A stretch of 55,187 nt of DNA, from the NCBI GenBank assembly GCA_036676985.1, contig JAKFBU010000050.1:1-55187 (forward strand), written 5' to 3'. The first letter of the stretch is position 1. Every line of letters starts with the position of its first letter. A program made the translations under genes and the position numbers. The notes under the pieces were generated by a model, which did no database searches, was not told the origin of the DNA, and saw nothing but the letters and a program-made list of their open reading frames with translations. The DNA is from Candidatus Sericytochromatia bacterium (GTDB lineage Bacteria > Cyanobacteriota > Sericytochromatia > S15B-MN24 > UBA4093). This document shows positions 20,110 through 29,222 of this stretch, one piece after another.

Positions 20110-20529
20110 ATGCCGCTGTCCAACTGTCCCCGCTGCAAGCGCGTCTTCAACAAGCTCGCGGGCGTCGCCGTCTGCGATGCCTGCCGTCAGCGTGAGGAAG
20201 AAGAGTTCGAGCTCTGTTACCAGTTCCTGCGCAAGACGCCCAACGCGAGCATCTCCGAGGTTTCCGCGGAAACGGGCGTCGAGGCGAGCCGGATCATGGA
20301 GTTCTACCGCACCGGTCGCCTGATCTCCGGCGATGCCGGCTACCCCTGTGAGAAGTGCGGCGGTCCCACCCATCGGGGCGCTTACTGCGACAAGTGCGTG
20401 GCCGCCATGCGCAGCGCCCTGGGCTCGCCCGCCCGCGACAGCCTGACGCCGCCGCAACCCTCCGCCGATCCGGGGGATGCCTCCCACCGCCGGAGTTTCA
20501 GCCACGAGCTGCGGATCGATCGCCGGTAG
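20110..20529 (+). CDS. YvyF-like flagellar operon Zn-ribbon protein
   Basis: NCPRC...C..C...EEEEF, HTH-like middle, second CEKCG...YCDKC. Sits before flgM as in Firmicutes. Confidence 0.75.
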   Translation: MPLSNCPRCKRVFNKLAGVAVCDACRQREEEEFELCYQFLRKTPNASISEVSAETGVEASRIMEFYRTGRLISGDAGYPCEKCGGPTHRGAYCDKCVAAMRSALGSPARDSLTPPQPSADPGDASHRRSFSHELRIDRR

Positions 20530-20549
20530 CCGGCGGAGATCTTTTTTCC

Positions 20550-20576
20550 TCAAGTTGGTCCGGAGCGATCCGATAG
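20550..20576 (+). promoter_or_regulatory. Sigma28 (FliA/SigD) promoter for flgM
   Basis: TCAA-N15-TCCGATAG versus consensus TAAA-N15-GCCGATAA. Confidence 0.7.
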
Positions 20577-20620
20577 ACTCTATAGAAGCCACCATCGACG
20601 GATCGATAAGGGGTTAGACC

Positions 20621-20914
20621 ATGAAGATCTCTTCGGAACAAGTCCAACAAATCCTCAAGTCCTACGGCGTGAAGGGCCCTGCCAAGACCGGCAAGGCCGA
20701 GCAGGCCGGAGCGGTGCAGCCCGCCGACGACGCGGCGCTCTCGACCGCCAGCCAGGAGATCTCCAAGGCCCTCGCCCTGATCTCCAAGACCTCGGACGTT
20801 CGGGCCGACAAGGTCGCCGCCCTCAAGGCGCAGATCGAGGCCGGCACCTACCAGGTCTCCGGCACCGACATCGCCGACTCCGTCTGGGCCCGAGCCCTCG
20901 CTGACGAGCTGTAG
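20621..20914 (+). CDS. flgM: Anti-sigma28 factor FlgM
   Basis: VRADKVAALKAQIEAGTYQV...IAD. Confidence 0.92.
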   Translation: MKISSEQVQQILKSYGVKGPAKTGKAEQAGAVQPADDAALSTASQEISKALALISKTSDVRADKVAALKAQIEAGTYQVSGTDIADSVWARALADEL

Positions 20915-20932
20915 CCAGAGAAGAGGCTCCCA

Positions 20933-21433
20933 ATGGACGAGCTGTTGACGGCCCTCGAGCGCACGATGCGCGACGAGGCGGCCGCTTATACCGTGCTGGT
21001 CAATCGCCTGCCGTTCAAGACGGCTCTGATTCGCAAGAATCGCGTCGATCAGCTCGAGTTCATGACCCGCCAGGAGGAAGAGGAGCTCAAGCGCCTCGCC
21101 GAGCTGGAGCGCGATCGCGCCGCGGCGGTCCAGCAGCTCTCGCCCATGCTGGGCGTCTCGGAGCCCACGCTCTCGGCCATCTTGCCCAAGCTCCCTCCGG
21201 TCTGGCAGGACAAGCTCCAGCCCCTCGGGGAGCGCCTCAAGGAGCTCGCCGTGGCCTTGCGGGCCGGCAACGACACCTGCCAGGTCCTGTTGCGAGCGAG
21301 CCTCGAGTACATCGACTTCACGATGCAGCTGGTGGGCACGGCCGTCGCGAGCGCGCAGCCCAACGTCTACGGCGGCGGCATGGCCGAGCCGGACGTCAAC
21401 TCGCCAAGTCTCTTGCTCGATCGGAGGGCGTAA
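20933..21433 (+). CDS. flgN: Flagellar export chaperone FlgN
   Basis: Helical protein with N..LL..SL.YI motif and a D-RA C-terminus, located between flgM and flgK. Confidence 0.8.
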   Translation: MDELLTALERTMRDEAAAYTVLVNRLPFKTALIRKNRVDQLEFMTRQEEEELKRLAELERDRAAAVQQLSPMLGVSEPTLSAILPKLPPVWQDKLQPLGERLKELAVALRAGNDTCQVLLRASLEYIDFTMQLVGTAVASAQPNVYGGGMAEPDVNSPSLLLDRRA

Positions 21434-22968
21434 TGGATTATTCGCTGTTCGGTTTGGGGTCGGCCGCCCGCGGCATGGCCGCGGCGCAGGCTGCCCTCAA
21501 CACGATTGGCAACAACCTGGCCAACGCGAACACCGAGGGCTATTCCCGTCAGCGGACCGAGCAGCAGCCCGTGCCGTCGGTCGAAATGGTCTCCTTCAAC
21601 ACCCCCGTTAGCCTGGCGCAGCTGGGCGGCGGTGTGGCCGTCAAGGACATCGTCCGCATGCGCGACGGCTTCCTGGACCTCAAGATCCACCAAGAGAACG
21701 CGGTCCACGGCAACAACGAGACCCTCTACCAGCAGATCGCGCAGGTCGAGCGCATGTTCCAGGAGCCGAGCGAGTTCGGCCTGGCGTCGGTCATGACCAA
21801 GTTCTTCAACTCCTGGGACCAGCTCGCCGTCAACCCGGAGTCGAGCGCGGCCCGCAGCGAGGTGCGCGCCCAGGGCATGTCCCTCGCCAACACGATGAAC
21901 GGCCTGAACCGGGGCCTGACGCGCATGCGGTCTGAGCTGGACTCGCAGATCCAGCGCGCGGCGAGCGACATCAACGCCTACTCCGAGCAGATTAGCTCGC
22001 TCAACCAGCTCATCCTCCAGTCGAAGATCGACGGCGTCACGCCCAACAACCTCATGGACCAGCGGGACCTGGCCATCGAGAAGCTCTCGAAGATCGTCAA
22101 TATTCAGTCCCAGACCTCCGAAGACGGCAAGATCCTCGTCTACCTCAAGGGCCGCGCCCTGGTGGACGCGGACCGGGCCTCGACCCTCACGACCCAGCCC
22201 AACGGCGAGGGCTCCTTCTCGGACGTGGTCTACCGGGGGCAGCCCATCGACTACCGCGAGATGGGCGGCAGCCTCGGGGCGCTCTTCCGGGTGCGGGACG
22301 AGGTCATCGGCCGCAACCACTCGGCGGCCCGCCCCGCCTTGCCCCCCCTGGCTGAGACCAAGCAGGGCCTGCTGTACCAGCTCGACGTGCTCGCCAACGA
22401 GCTCGCCCAGAAGGTCAACGGTTACCACACGAGCGGTACCGACCTGGATGGCAACCAGGATCCCCTCAACGCCTTCTTCTCCAACAACCTCGCGGGAACG
22501 GCCTCTGATCCGACCTTCATCGGCCTGGGCGGCCTGATGGTCTCCGCGCAGATCCAGTCGGACGTGCCGCCCGGCCTCAACAAGATCGTGGCCGGCCGGG
22601 GCGGCTCGCCCCTGCCCGGGCCCGGCGACAACACGATCGCCCAGAAGATCGCCAGCGCTCGTGGCGAGACCGCGGACCTGGTCCGGTCGCCCGAGTTCGG
22701 ATCCACCGAGACCCTCAACGACTACTACCGCCGCTTCCTGTCGAGCCTGGGCGTCGTCGGTCAGGCGGCCGAGCGCAACGCCAAGAACCAGTCCAACCTG
22801 ATCGACCACCTGCAGGCTCAGCGCGAGTCGGTCTCGGGCGTCAACTTCGACCAGGAGATGACGGACATGGTGCGCTACCAGCACGCCTACAACGCGTCGG
22901 CCAAGATCCTCACGGTGTTCGACCAGATGCTCGAGCGCCTCATCAACGGCGTGGCCCCCGGCCGCTAA
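21433..22968 (+). CDS. flgK: Hook-associated protein FlgK
   Basis: [37 protein letters not shown]...YQHAYNASAK. Confidence 0.95.
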   Translation: MDYSLFGLGSAARGMAAAQAALNTIGNNLANANTEGYSRQRTEQQPVPSVEMVSFNTPVSLAQLGGGVAVKDIVRMRDGFLDLKIHQENAVHGNNETLYQQIAQVERMFQEPSEFGLASVMTKFFNSWDQLAVNPESSAARSEVRAQGMSLANTMNGLNRGLTRMRSELDSQIQRAASDINAYSEQISSLNQLILQSKIDGVTPNNLMDQRDLAIEKLSKIVNIQSQTSEDGKILVYLKGRALVDADRASTLTTQPNGEGSFSDVVYRGQPIDYREMGGSLGALFRVRDEVIGRNHSAARPALPPLAETKQGLLYQLDVLANELAQKVNGYHTSGTDLDGNQDPLNAFFSNNLAGTASDPTFIGLGGLMVSAQIQSDVPPGLNKIVAGRGGSPLPGPGDNTIAQKIASARGETADLVRSPEFGSTETLNDYYRRFLSSLGVVGQAAERNAKNQSNLIDHLQAQRESVSGVNFDQEMTDMVRYQHAYNASAKILTVFDQMLERLINGVAPGR

Positions 22969-22983
22969 CGAAGGGACTGACAC

Positions 22984-23934
22984 ATGCGCGTCACGAACCG
23001 GATGATTGCCGAGAACGTCTACCGCAACGCGGGTCTCCACCTGGAGAAGATGGAGAAGCTGCAGAACCAGCTGGCCAGCGGCCGGGCCATCACCAAGCCC
23101 TCGGACGATCCGACCGCCGTCAACCAGTCCATGTTGCTGCGCAACACCCTTTCGGACCAGGAGCAGTTCATCCGCAACATCGACCAGGTCAACACCTGGC
23201 TGTCGACCTCCGACCAGACCATCGGCACGGCCCAGTCCGTCGTTCACCGGGCTCTCGAGCTCGCGGTCCAGGGCGCGAACGGCACCAACTCCGCCGAGGC
23301 GCACGCCGCTCTCGCCAAGGAGGTGCGCGAGCTCAAGGAGGAGATGCGCGGCATCGCCAACACCCAGCTCGCTGGTCGTTACATCTTCAACGGCTCGCAG
23401 ACCCTCCAGCAGCCGTATCCGGAGTTCGCGCCGCCCGCCGCGCCGCCTGCCGCGCGCGTGCCGAGCTATCCGTCGCCCGACTCGGTGCCCGTCGCGGCCA
23501 AGCTCGACAACACCGACGCCCTGATGGCGGGCATCGGCCCCAACGTCTCCATCCAGTACAACGTCACGGGCGCGGACGTCTTCGGGGCGACCGGCGACGG
23601 CAACAGCGCCTTCGAGGTGCTGGACAAGCTGGCTTACGCCCTCGAGAACGGGGATGTCGACACGACGAGCGGCCTCATCACCAATCTCCAGAACCGGCTC
23701 GACGACATGTCGTTGAAGCGCGCGGAGCTGGGTGGCAAGCTCAACCGGACGGAGCTCTTGGGCGCTCGTTACGGCGAGACCGAGGTGAGCGTCAAGGCGC
23801 TCCTGAGCGAGTACGAGGACGTGGACATGCCCAAGGTCATCTCGGAGCTGACGCTGTCCCAGTCGGTATATCAGGCATCCTTGGCCGCCAGCGCCAAGAT
23901 CATCCAGCCGACGCTGATGGATTTCCTGGGCTAG
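22984..23934 (+). CDS. flgL: Hook-associated protein FlgL
   Basis: MRVT, KPSDDP, GRYIFNG, YQASL..SAKIIQPTLMDFL. Confidence 0.95.
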   Translation: MRVTNRMIAENVYRNAGLHLEKMEKLQNQLASGRAITKPSDDPTAVNQSMLLRNTLSDQEQFIRNIDQVNTWLSTSDQTIGTAQSVVHRALELAVQGANGTNSAEAHAALAKEVRELKEEMRGIANTQLAGRYIFNGSQTLQQPYPEFAPPAAPPAARVPSYPSPDSVPVAAKLDNTDALMAGIGPNVSIQYNVTGADVFGATGDGNSAFEVLDKLAYALENGDVDTTSGLITNLQNRLDDMSLKRAELGGKLNRTELLGARYGETEVSVKALLSEYEDVDMPKVISELTLSQSVYQASLAASAKIIQPTLMDFLG

Positions 23935-23996
23935 GCCGCAGCCTACCAGGTTATGGGGTAGAATAGGGGACCATGGCTGTTGTGAGTCTGAGCCTT

Positions 23997-24452
23997 ATGA
24001 AGATCGAAACGCGCCAGTTCGGGCCGCTCGAGTTCGAAGAGAACGCGGTCCTCAACTTCCCGGAAGGCCTGATGGGCCTCGAGCACCTGCACCGCTTCCT
24101 GATCATCGATCAGGACGAGGTGGAGCCCCTGCGCTGGCTGCAATCGGTGGACGAGCCCGAGATCGCCTTCAACGTGATCGATCCGGCCCTGGTCTTCCCC
24201 GACTACAAGGTCCGCCTGGGTCAGGAAGATCGGGAGGCGCTCGGCCTCGCCAAGGGCGAGGAGCCCACGGTGCTCGCGCTCGTGACGGTGCCCAAGAACG
24301 CCGCCGAGATGACGGCGAACCTCCTGGGGCCCCTCGTCATCAGCGCCGAGCGGCTCGTGGGTCGCCAGATCGTGCAGCACGACAGCCAGTACGGTACCCG
24401 CCAACGCCTGATTCCGGACGCCGCCGAGGCCCGGGACGTGGTGACCGTCTAG
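23997..24452 (+). CDS. fliW: Flagellar assembly factor FliW (CsrA antagonist)
   Basis: ETRQFG, FPEGL.G, WLQS, TANLLGPLVI. Confidence 0.92.
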   Translation: MKIETRQFGPLEFEENAVLNFPEGLMGLEHLHRFLIIDQDEVEPLRWLQSVDEPEIAFNVIDPALVFPDYKVRLGQEDREALGLAKGEEPTVLALVTVPKNAAEMTANLLGPLVISAERLVGRQIVQHDSQYGTRQRLIPDAAEARDVVTV

Positions 24453-24464
24453 CTGTGAGGTAGC

Positions 24465-24713
24465 ATGCTCGTCCTGAGCCGTAAGCCGAACCAAAGCATC
24501 ATCATTGGGGAGGACATCGAGGTCGTCGTCCTGGAGATCAAGGGCGACACCGTCAAGCTCGGCCTCAAGGCACCTCGGGACGTGAAGGTCTACCGGCAGG
24601 AAATCTTCGCGGAAATCAAGGCGGAGAACGAGCGGGCGGCGGCGGCGGCGGCCTCCGCGACGGATGCCGCCAAGCTCCTGAAACAGGCTCTCCAAAAGAA
24701 AAGCCCCTCCTGA
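24465..24713 (+). CDS. csrA: Carbon storage regulator CsrA
   Basis: MLVLSRK..QSIIIG...VKLG..APRDV.VYR.EI plus the FliW-type C-terminal helix. Confidence 0.96.
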   Translation: MLVLSRKPNQSIIIGEDIEVVVLEIKGDTVKLGLKAPRDVKVYRQEIFAEIKAENERAAAAAASATDAAKLLKQALQKKSPS

Positions 24714-24853
24714 GTGCCTTCCATTTGGTACGGGGCCTCGCTGTCGCCTTGATGGTACAGCCCCCGTAGTGGTATAAAGAGGCTCAGCCGCGTTATGTGC
24801 GGCCGCGCCGAGGGCGTGGCCCCAACAGCGGCCTGAAGGCAGGGCCGAATAGC

Positions 24854-26029
24854 TTGAAGATTCGTCAGTACACCGCGGGCACCATGCAGGAGGCCCGGCT
24901 CAAGATCAAGATGGACCTCGGCCCCGACGCCGTGATTCTGCACACCCGCTCCTTCAAGAAGGGCGGGCTGTTTGGCTTGTTCGGCAAGGAGATGGTCGAG
25001 GTCCTCGCGGCCGCCGACGCGCCCGAGATGGGCCCGTCGCTGCGGGCCCGCGAGCCCGAGCTGACGAGTCGCGTCCAGCCCATGCCGGCCACCCCGGTCC
25101 AGGCTCCGCCCACTCCGGTCCAGACTACCTCGTCGCAAGAGGTCGCCGCCTCCGAGGTGGCCGAGATCAAGGAGACCATGGGCGAGGTCAAGCGCATGCT
25201 GGGCGCCATGATGGAGCAGTCTCCGGTCCGGCTGGAAGGTCAGGCGGCCATGTCGCCCCTTCAGGAGCAGCTCATGGCCGCGGAGCTGGCACCGGAGCAT
25301 GCGCGCGAGCTCGTCGCGAAGCTGCCGCGCGGCACCGGAGCGCTCACGGCCGAGGCCCTGCGCGCGCTCGAGCCCACCGTCGCCTCGTGGGTGCAGTGCG
25401 GCGGCTCCATCGAACCGTCGGTCAACGGTCGCTCGGGCCCCAAGATCGTGGCCCTGGTGGGGCCCACGGGCGTGGGCAAGACGACGACCATCGCCAAGCT
25501 CGCCGCCAACTTCCGCCTGTTGCAACAGCTCAAGGTCGCGCTCATCACCATCGACACCTACCGGGTGGCGGCGGTCGAGCAACTGCGGACCTACGGGGAC
25601 ATCATCGGCATCCCGGTCGAGGTGGTGGTGACGCCGAGCGCCCTGCGCGACGCGATCGCCCGCTTCCAGGACAAGGACGTGATCCTCATCGACACGGCCG
25701 GCCGCTCGCCCTCCAACCGCATGCACCTCCATGAGCTCAAGGGCTACATGGAAGTGGCACATCCCAAGGAGGTCCACCTGGTCCTCTCGGCCACCACCAA
25801 CCGGGCCAACCTCGACCGGATCGCCGAGGCCTTCTCCCCGGTGGGTATCGACCGGGTCATCTTCACCAAGATCGACGAGTCGACGGTGTTCGGCGGCATG
25901 ATCTCGGTGGCCCGCAACCTGGGCAAGCCGCTGTCCTACATCACGACCGGTCAGAGCGTTCCGGACGATATTCGCGTGGCCGAGGCGCCCGCGATCGCCC
26001 GGATGCTCATCGACGAGCTGCGCGTATGA
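24854..26029 (+). CDS. flhF: Flagellar SRP-family GTPase FlhF
   Basis: LGPDAVILHTR, GPTGVGKTTT.AKLAA, DTYR, DTAGRS, TKIDE. TTG start inferred. Confidence 0.93.
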   Translation: MKIRQYTAGTMQEARLKIKMDLGPDAVILHTRSFKKGGLFGLFGKEMVEVLAAADAPEMGPSLRAREPELTSRVQPMPATPVQAPPTPVQTTSSQEVAASEVAEIKETMGEVKRMLGAMMEQSPVRLEGQAAMSPLQEQLMAAELAPEHARELVAKLPRGTGALTAEALRALEPTVASWVQCGGSIEPSVNGRSGPKIVALVGPTGVGKTTTIAKLAANFRLLQQLKVALITIDTYRVAAVEQLRTYGDIIGIPVEVVVTPSALRDAIARFQDKDVILIDTAGRSPSNRMHLHELKGYMEVAHPKEVHLVLSATTNRANLDRIAEAFSPVGIDRVIFTKIDESTVFGGMISVARNLGKPLSYITTGQSVPDDIRVAEAPAIARMLIDELRV

Positions 26030-26940
26030 TGGGCGATCAGGCAGAAAAGCTGCGGGAGCTGGTCCGGCGCGCTCCCAAGATCGTCGAGACCGAGCCGGCC
26101 GTCGAGCTCCCCGCTCCGCCCGCAGGGCCCGTGGGGCGGACGATCGTCGTCACCAGCGGCAAGGGTGGGGTCGGCAAGACCAACATCACGGTCAACCTCG
26201 CCCTGGCGTTCGCCAAGCGGGGCCGCAAGACCCTGCTGTTCGACGCGGACCTCGGCATGGCCAACGTGGACGTGCTGATGGGCGTGCACCCCCCGCACTC
26301 GATCGCCGACGTCCTCAAGGGCCGCAAGACCCTGGACGAGGTCATCATGTGGGTCAACGAGAGCCTGGGCATCGTGCCCGGTGGCTCGGGCGTCACGGAG
26401 CTCGCCAACCTCGAGCCCACCATGCTCGACTCGATCGTCCAGCAGCTGGGGACCCTCGAGAGTCAAGCGGAGCTGCTCCTGGTCGACACGGGGGCGGGCA
26501 TCTCCCGCAACGTCATGAACTTCGTGCTCGCGGGCAGCGAGATCCTCGTGGTGACCACGCCCGAGCCGACGGCCATCACGGACGCCTACGGGATGCTCAA
26601 GGAGATCGACGCCCACAACCCCGAAGCGAACGTGCACCTGTTGATCAACATGGCCGAGTCCGAGGCGGAGGCTCGTTCGGTCGCGGCCAAGCTGACCATG
26701 ATCGTCGAGCGCTTCTTGTCGCTCAAGGTCCAGTACATCGGTTGCATCGAGAAGGATCCGCATGTGAGCCGCTCGGTGCTGCAGCAGAGCCCCTTCTTCG
26801 TGGCTCATCCGCAGTCGGTGGCGTCGCGTCGCCTCAACATCCTGGCAGGCTCGCTGCTCGCGCAGCACGAGGAGGCCAAGAGCGTCACGGGTGGCTTCTT
26901 CTCGCGCCTGGTGGGGCAGATCTTCAAGCGCGATCGCTAG
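26026..26940 (+). CDS. flhG: MinD/ParA-family ATPase FlhG (FleN)
   Basis: DQAEKLR activator helix, SGKGGVGKT, DADLGMAN, TTPEPTAITDAY. Confidence 0.92.
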   Translation: MMGDQAEKLRELVRRAPKIVETEPAVELPAPPAGPVGRTIVVTSGKGGVGKTNITVNLALAFAKRGRKTLLFDADLGMANVDVLMGVHPPHSIADVLKGRKTLDEVIMWVNESLGIVPGGSGVTELANLEPTMLDSIVQQLGTLESQAELLLVDTGAGISRNVMNFVLAGSEILVVTTPEPTAITDAYGMLKEIDAHNPEANVHLLINMAESEAEARSVAAKLTMIVERFLSLKVQYIGCIEKDPHVSRSVLQQSPFFVAHPQSVASRRLNILAGSLLAQHEEAKSVTGGFFSRLVGQIFKRDR

Positions 26941-27008
26941 TCGAGCCCGACTGCCCTCATGGCCCCTCCAATCCTCCGGAGCCGGTGAAGGAACGTCCAA
27001 CCAAAGCA

Positions 27009-27038
27009 AACGGCCCGGATCAACCGATCCGGGCCGTT
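27009..27038. terminator. Bidirectional terminator hairpin
   Basis: AACGGCCCGGATC-AACC-GATCCGGGCCGTT with T-rich flanks on both strands. Confidence 0.75.
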
Positions 27039-27054
27039 CAACTTTCGGGTCCTA

Positions 27055-28079
27055 GAGCAAACACCGGTTGTCTTAGACAGCGATAGATGAGAGGCTGTGG
27101 CAATGTCACAGCCTCTTTCTCATGATTTGCGTGTCCGTGTCTTGAATGCCTACTTGGAGAGTCAGGACTCTTACGAAGTGGTTGCCGAGCGCTTCGGCGT
27201 AAGCATTCGTTTCATTCGGGACCTTGTAAAGCTCTACAAAGAGACGGGAAGTGTTGAGCCTCGCCCACATGGGGGTGGTGCCCCTCAGCGCCTGAGTGCT
27301 GAAGATATGGACGCTCTCAAGCGCTGGGTTACGGCCCATCCGGACTGGTACGCGCGTGAGTTCAAACAGCGGCTGGAAACGGAGCGCGGGGTCAACGTGA
27401 GCCTCTCGACCGTCGAGCGAGCCCTCAAACGTCTGGGCTTCACGCTAAAAAAAAGAGCGTCTACGCGTCAGAGCAACGAACCCAGCGAGTTCGGGCCGAA
27501 CGACGCTTCTTCCAAGAGCTAATCAGGCGCTTCTGCGCCAGCCGTCTGGTATTCCTGGACGAATTCGGATGCAATCAGGCGATGACCCGCAGCTACGCCC
27601 GGGCCCCAATAGGGCAGCGGGCGATTGGCTATGCTCCGGTCAATTACGGCGACAACGTCTCGGTGGTGGCGGCAATGCGACTGGATGGGATGACGGCATC
27701 CATGCAGATCGACGAGGCAATGACTGGGGATGCGTTCCTGGCCTACGTTAACCAAGTCCTCGTGCCTACCTTGAAGCCCGGGGACATCGTCATAATGGAC
27801 AACTTGGGCTCCCACAAGGTCCAAGGGATAGCGCAAGCCATCCGAAGCGCCGGTGCGGAAATACGCTACCTGCCACCCTATTCGCCAGATTTCAATCCCA
27901 TCGAGCTCTGCTTCAGCAAGATCAAGGCCTTACTCCGCAAAGCCGAGGCCAGAACGAAGGAAAGCCTGGATCAAGCACTGACCCAGGCCTTCCAATCCAT
28001 CACCCTTAAGGACATTCGAGGATGGTTCAAACATGCAGGCTACAACCTGCTCACTGGCTTACCCTTCTGACGTTCGCTC
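27055..28079 (+). mobile_element. IS630-family insertion sequence, about 1.03 kb, with TA target duplication
   Basis: Ends TA-GAGCAAAC / GTTCGCTC-TA, with TA at 27053-54 and 28080-81. Visibly lower GC than the flanks. Confidence 0.9.
27103..28070 (+). CDS. IS630 transposase, two ORFs joined by a -1 frameshift
   Basis: HTH ORF (PLSHDLRVRV) reaches an A8G run at 27447-27455. The -1 frame gives LVFLDE...MDN...LPPYSPDFNPIE (DDE). Confidence 0.9.
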
Positions 28080-28960
28080 TAGGATTCCTGCGCCTTGCGC
28101 CGCTTGCTCTGCAGGTACGCCCGTCCGTTCCGGACGGTCTGGAGCGTGCGGTTAACCTCGCTCTCGAGCTGCGCGAGCACCTGGTCCGCGTAGCGCTCGG
28201 CCGCGACCCGCATCTCATGGGCCTCACGCTGGGCCGAGTTGAGGATCTGCTGCGCCTGCTGCTTGGCCTGCTGGACCTCCCAGGGAGCCAGGGGTGCTGC
28301 GGGCGCCGCAGGCTCGGGAGCGAGCTCGCGCAGGGAGATGTCGGCCTTCGGCTCGCGGACGGACGGTTCGGCGAGCTCCCGCACCGTGGGCTCCGCCGCC
28401 ATGACGGTCTCGCGCACCGCGGGCTCGGCCTGGGGCACCTTGCGCTCGATGAGGGCCGGCTCGGCGTACTCGGGTTGGCGCGGAACCTCCATGACGATGG
28501 GCTCGGGCTGACGCGGGGCCTCCAGGACCATGGGCTCGGGCTGGCGCGGAGCCTCGACCAGGGTGGCGGGCTCGGGCATCCGCTTCAGGCTCGTCTCGCG
28601 CATGTCCGGCGGCGGGAAGCTCGGAGCCGCAGCGCGCTGAGCCTCGAGCTCGGCGGTGCGCTCAGCCATGAGGCTCGCGATGCGGCTCGTCGGAGAGAGC
28701 GCCAGCTTGGCGGGCTGGTGGTTGCCGCGGCCCGCGTCCTGCTGGTACTGCAGGACCAGCTCGCTGCCGTTCAGGCCCAGGAGCTTGGCGTACTGCCGGA
28801 TGTAGCCATGGATGTACACCGGCGCGGGCAGCTTCTCGATATCCCCTTCTTCGAGGGCGACCAGGTAGGGAAGCTTGATATAGGTGCGCTGCGCGACTTC
28901 TTCGAGGGAGATCCCCTTGGCTTCGCGCGTCTGGCGCAGGATGTGGCTGACTGAGGACAT
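28079..28960 (-). CDS. RodZ-type HTH protein with Pro/Glu linker and DivIVA/Cdv3-like C-terminal coiled coil
   Basis: LRQTREAKGISLEEVA..TYI...YLVALEEG...YIHGYIRQYAKLLGL, no TM, C-terminal YADQVLAQLE...VRNGR. Confidence 0.75.
   Translation of the reverse strand: MSSVSHILRQTREAKGISLEEVAQRTYIKLPYLVALEEGDIEKLPAPVYIHGYIRQYAKLLGLNGSELVLQYQQDAGRGNHQPAKLALSPTSRIASLMAERTAELEAQRAAAPSFPPPDMRETSLKRMPEPATLVEAPRQPEPMVLEAPRQPEPIVMEVPRQPEYAEPALIERKVPQAEPAVRETVMAAEPTVRELAEPSVREPKADISLRELAPEPAAPAAPLAPWEVQQAKQQAQQILNSAQREAHEMRVAAERYADQVLAQLESEVNRTLQTVRNGRAYLQSKRRKAQES
28469..28555 (-). repeat. Three 33-bp coding tandem repeats (E[AV]PRQPE...)
   Basis: Units start at 28469, 28502 and 28535. Confidence 0.8.
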
Positions 28961-29222
28961 CGGAGCGCTGGTTCCTCCTGGATCATGCTGGCAGCAAGTG
29001 CTAGCGGTTCCTATCGTTGCGATGATTCTAGCAGGGTGCCGATCCCGTTCCAAGCCCCAGACGGTCTCCAAAGTGATGCGCGTCACATGTCGACATGGAG
29101 AAACAAGCGGCATGGAGCGCTTTTAGACCGTTTGTTAAAAATCGTTGCGGCGTGATGACGGTCTCGTTTGGCCGGAGTCCGGCTTGGTACAATATTATCG
29201 GCCCCCTGAAGAGAAAGAGCTG

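Noticed and set aside
24800-24850. Possible ANTAR dual-hairpin target upstream of flhF (also sought at 4350-4600)
   Set aside because: The stems are only 2-3 bp and the loops do not both fit the hexaloop A1/G4 pattern.
27103-28070. Transposase as a pseudogene
   Set aside because: The break falls at a canonical slippery A-run typical of IS630, and the DDE residues and ends are intact.
29180-29200. LexA box upstream of recN (GGTAC...)
   Set aside because: The second half-site is missing. It is better explained as the extended -10 TGGTACAAT.
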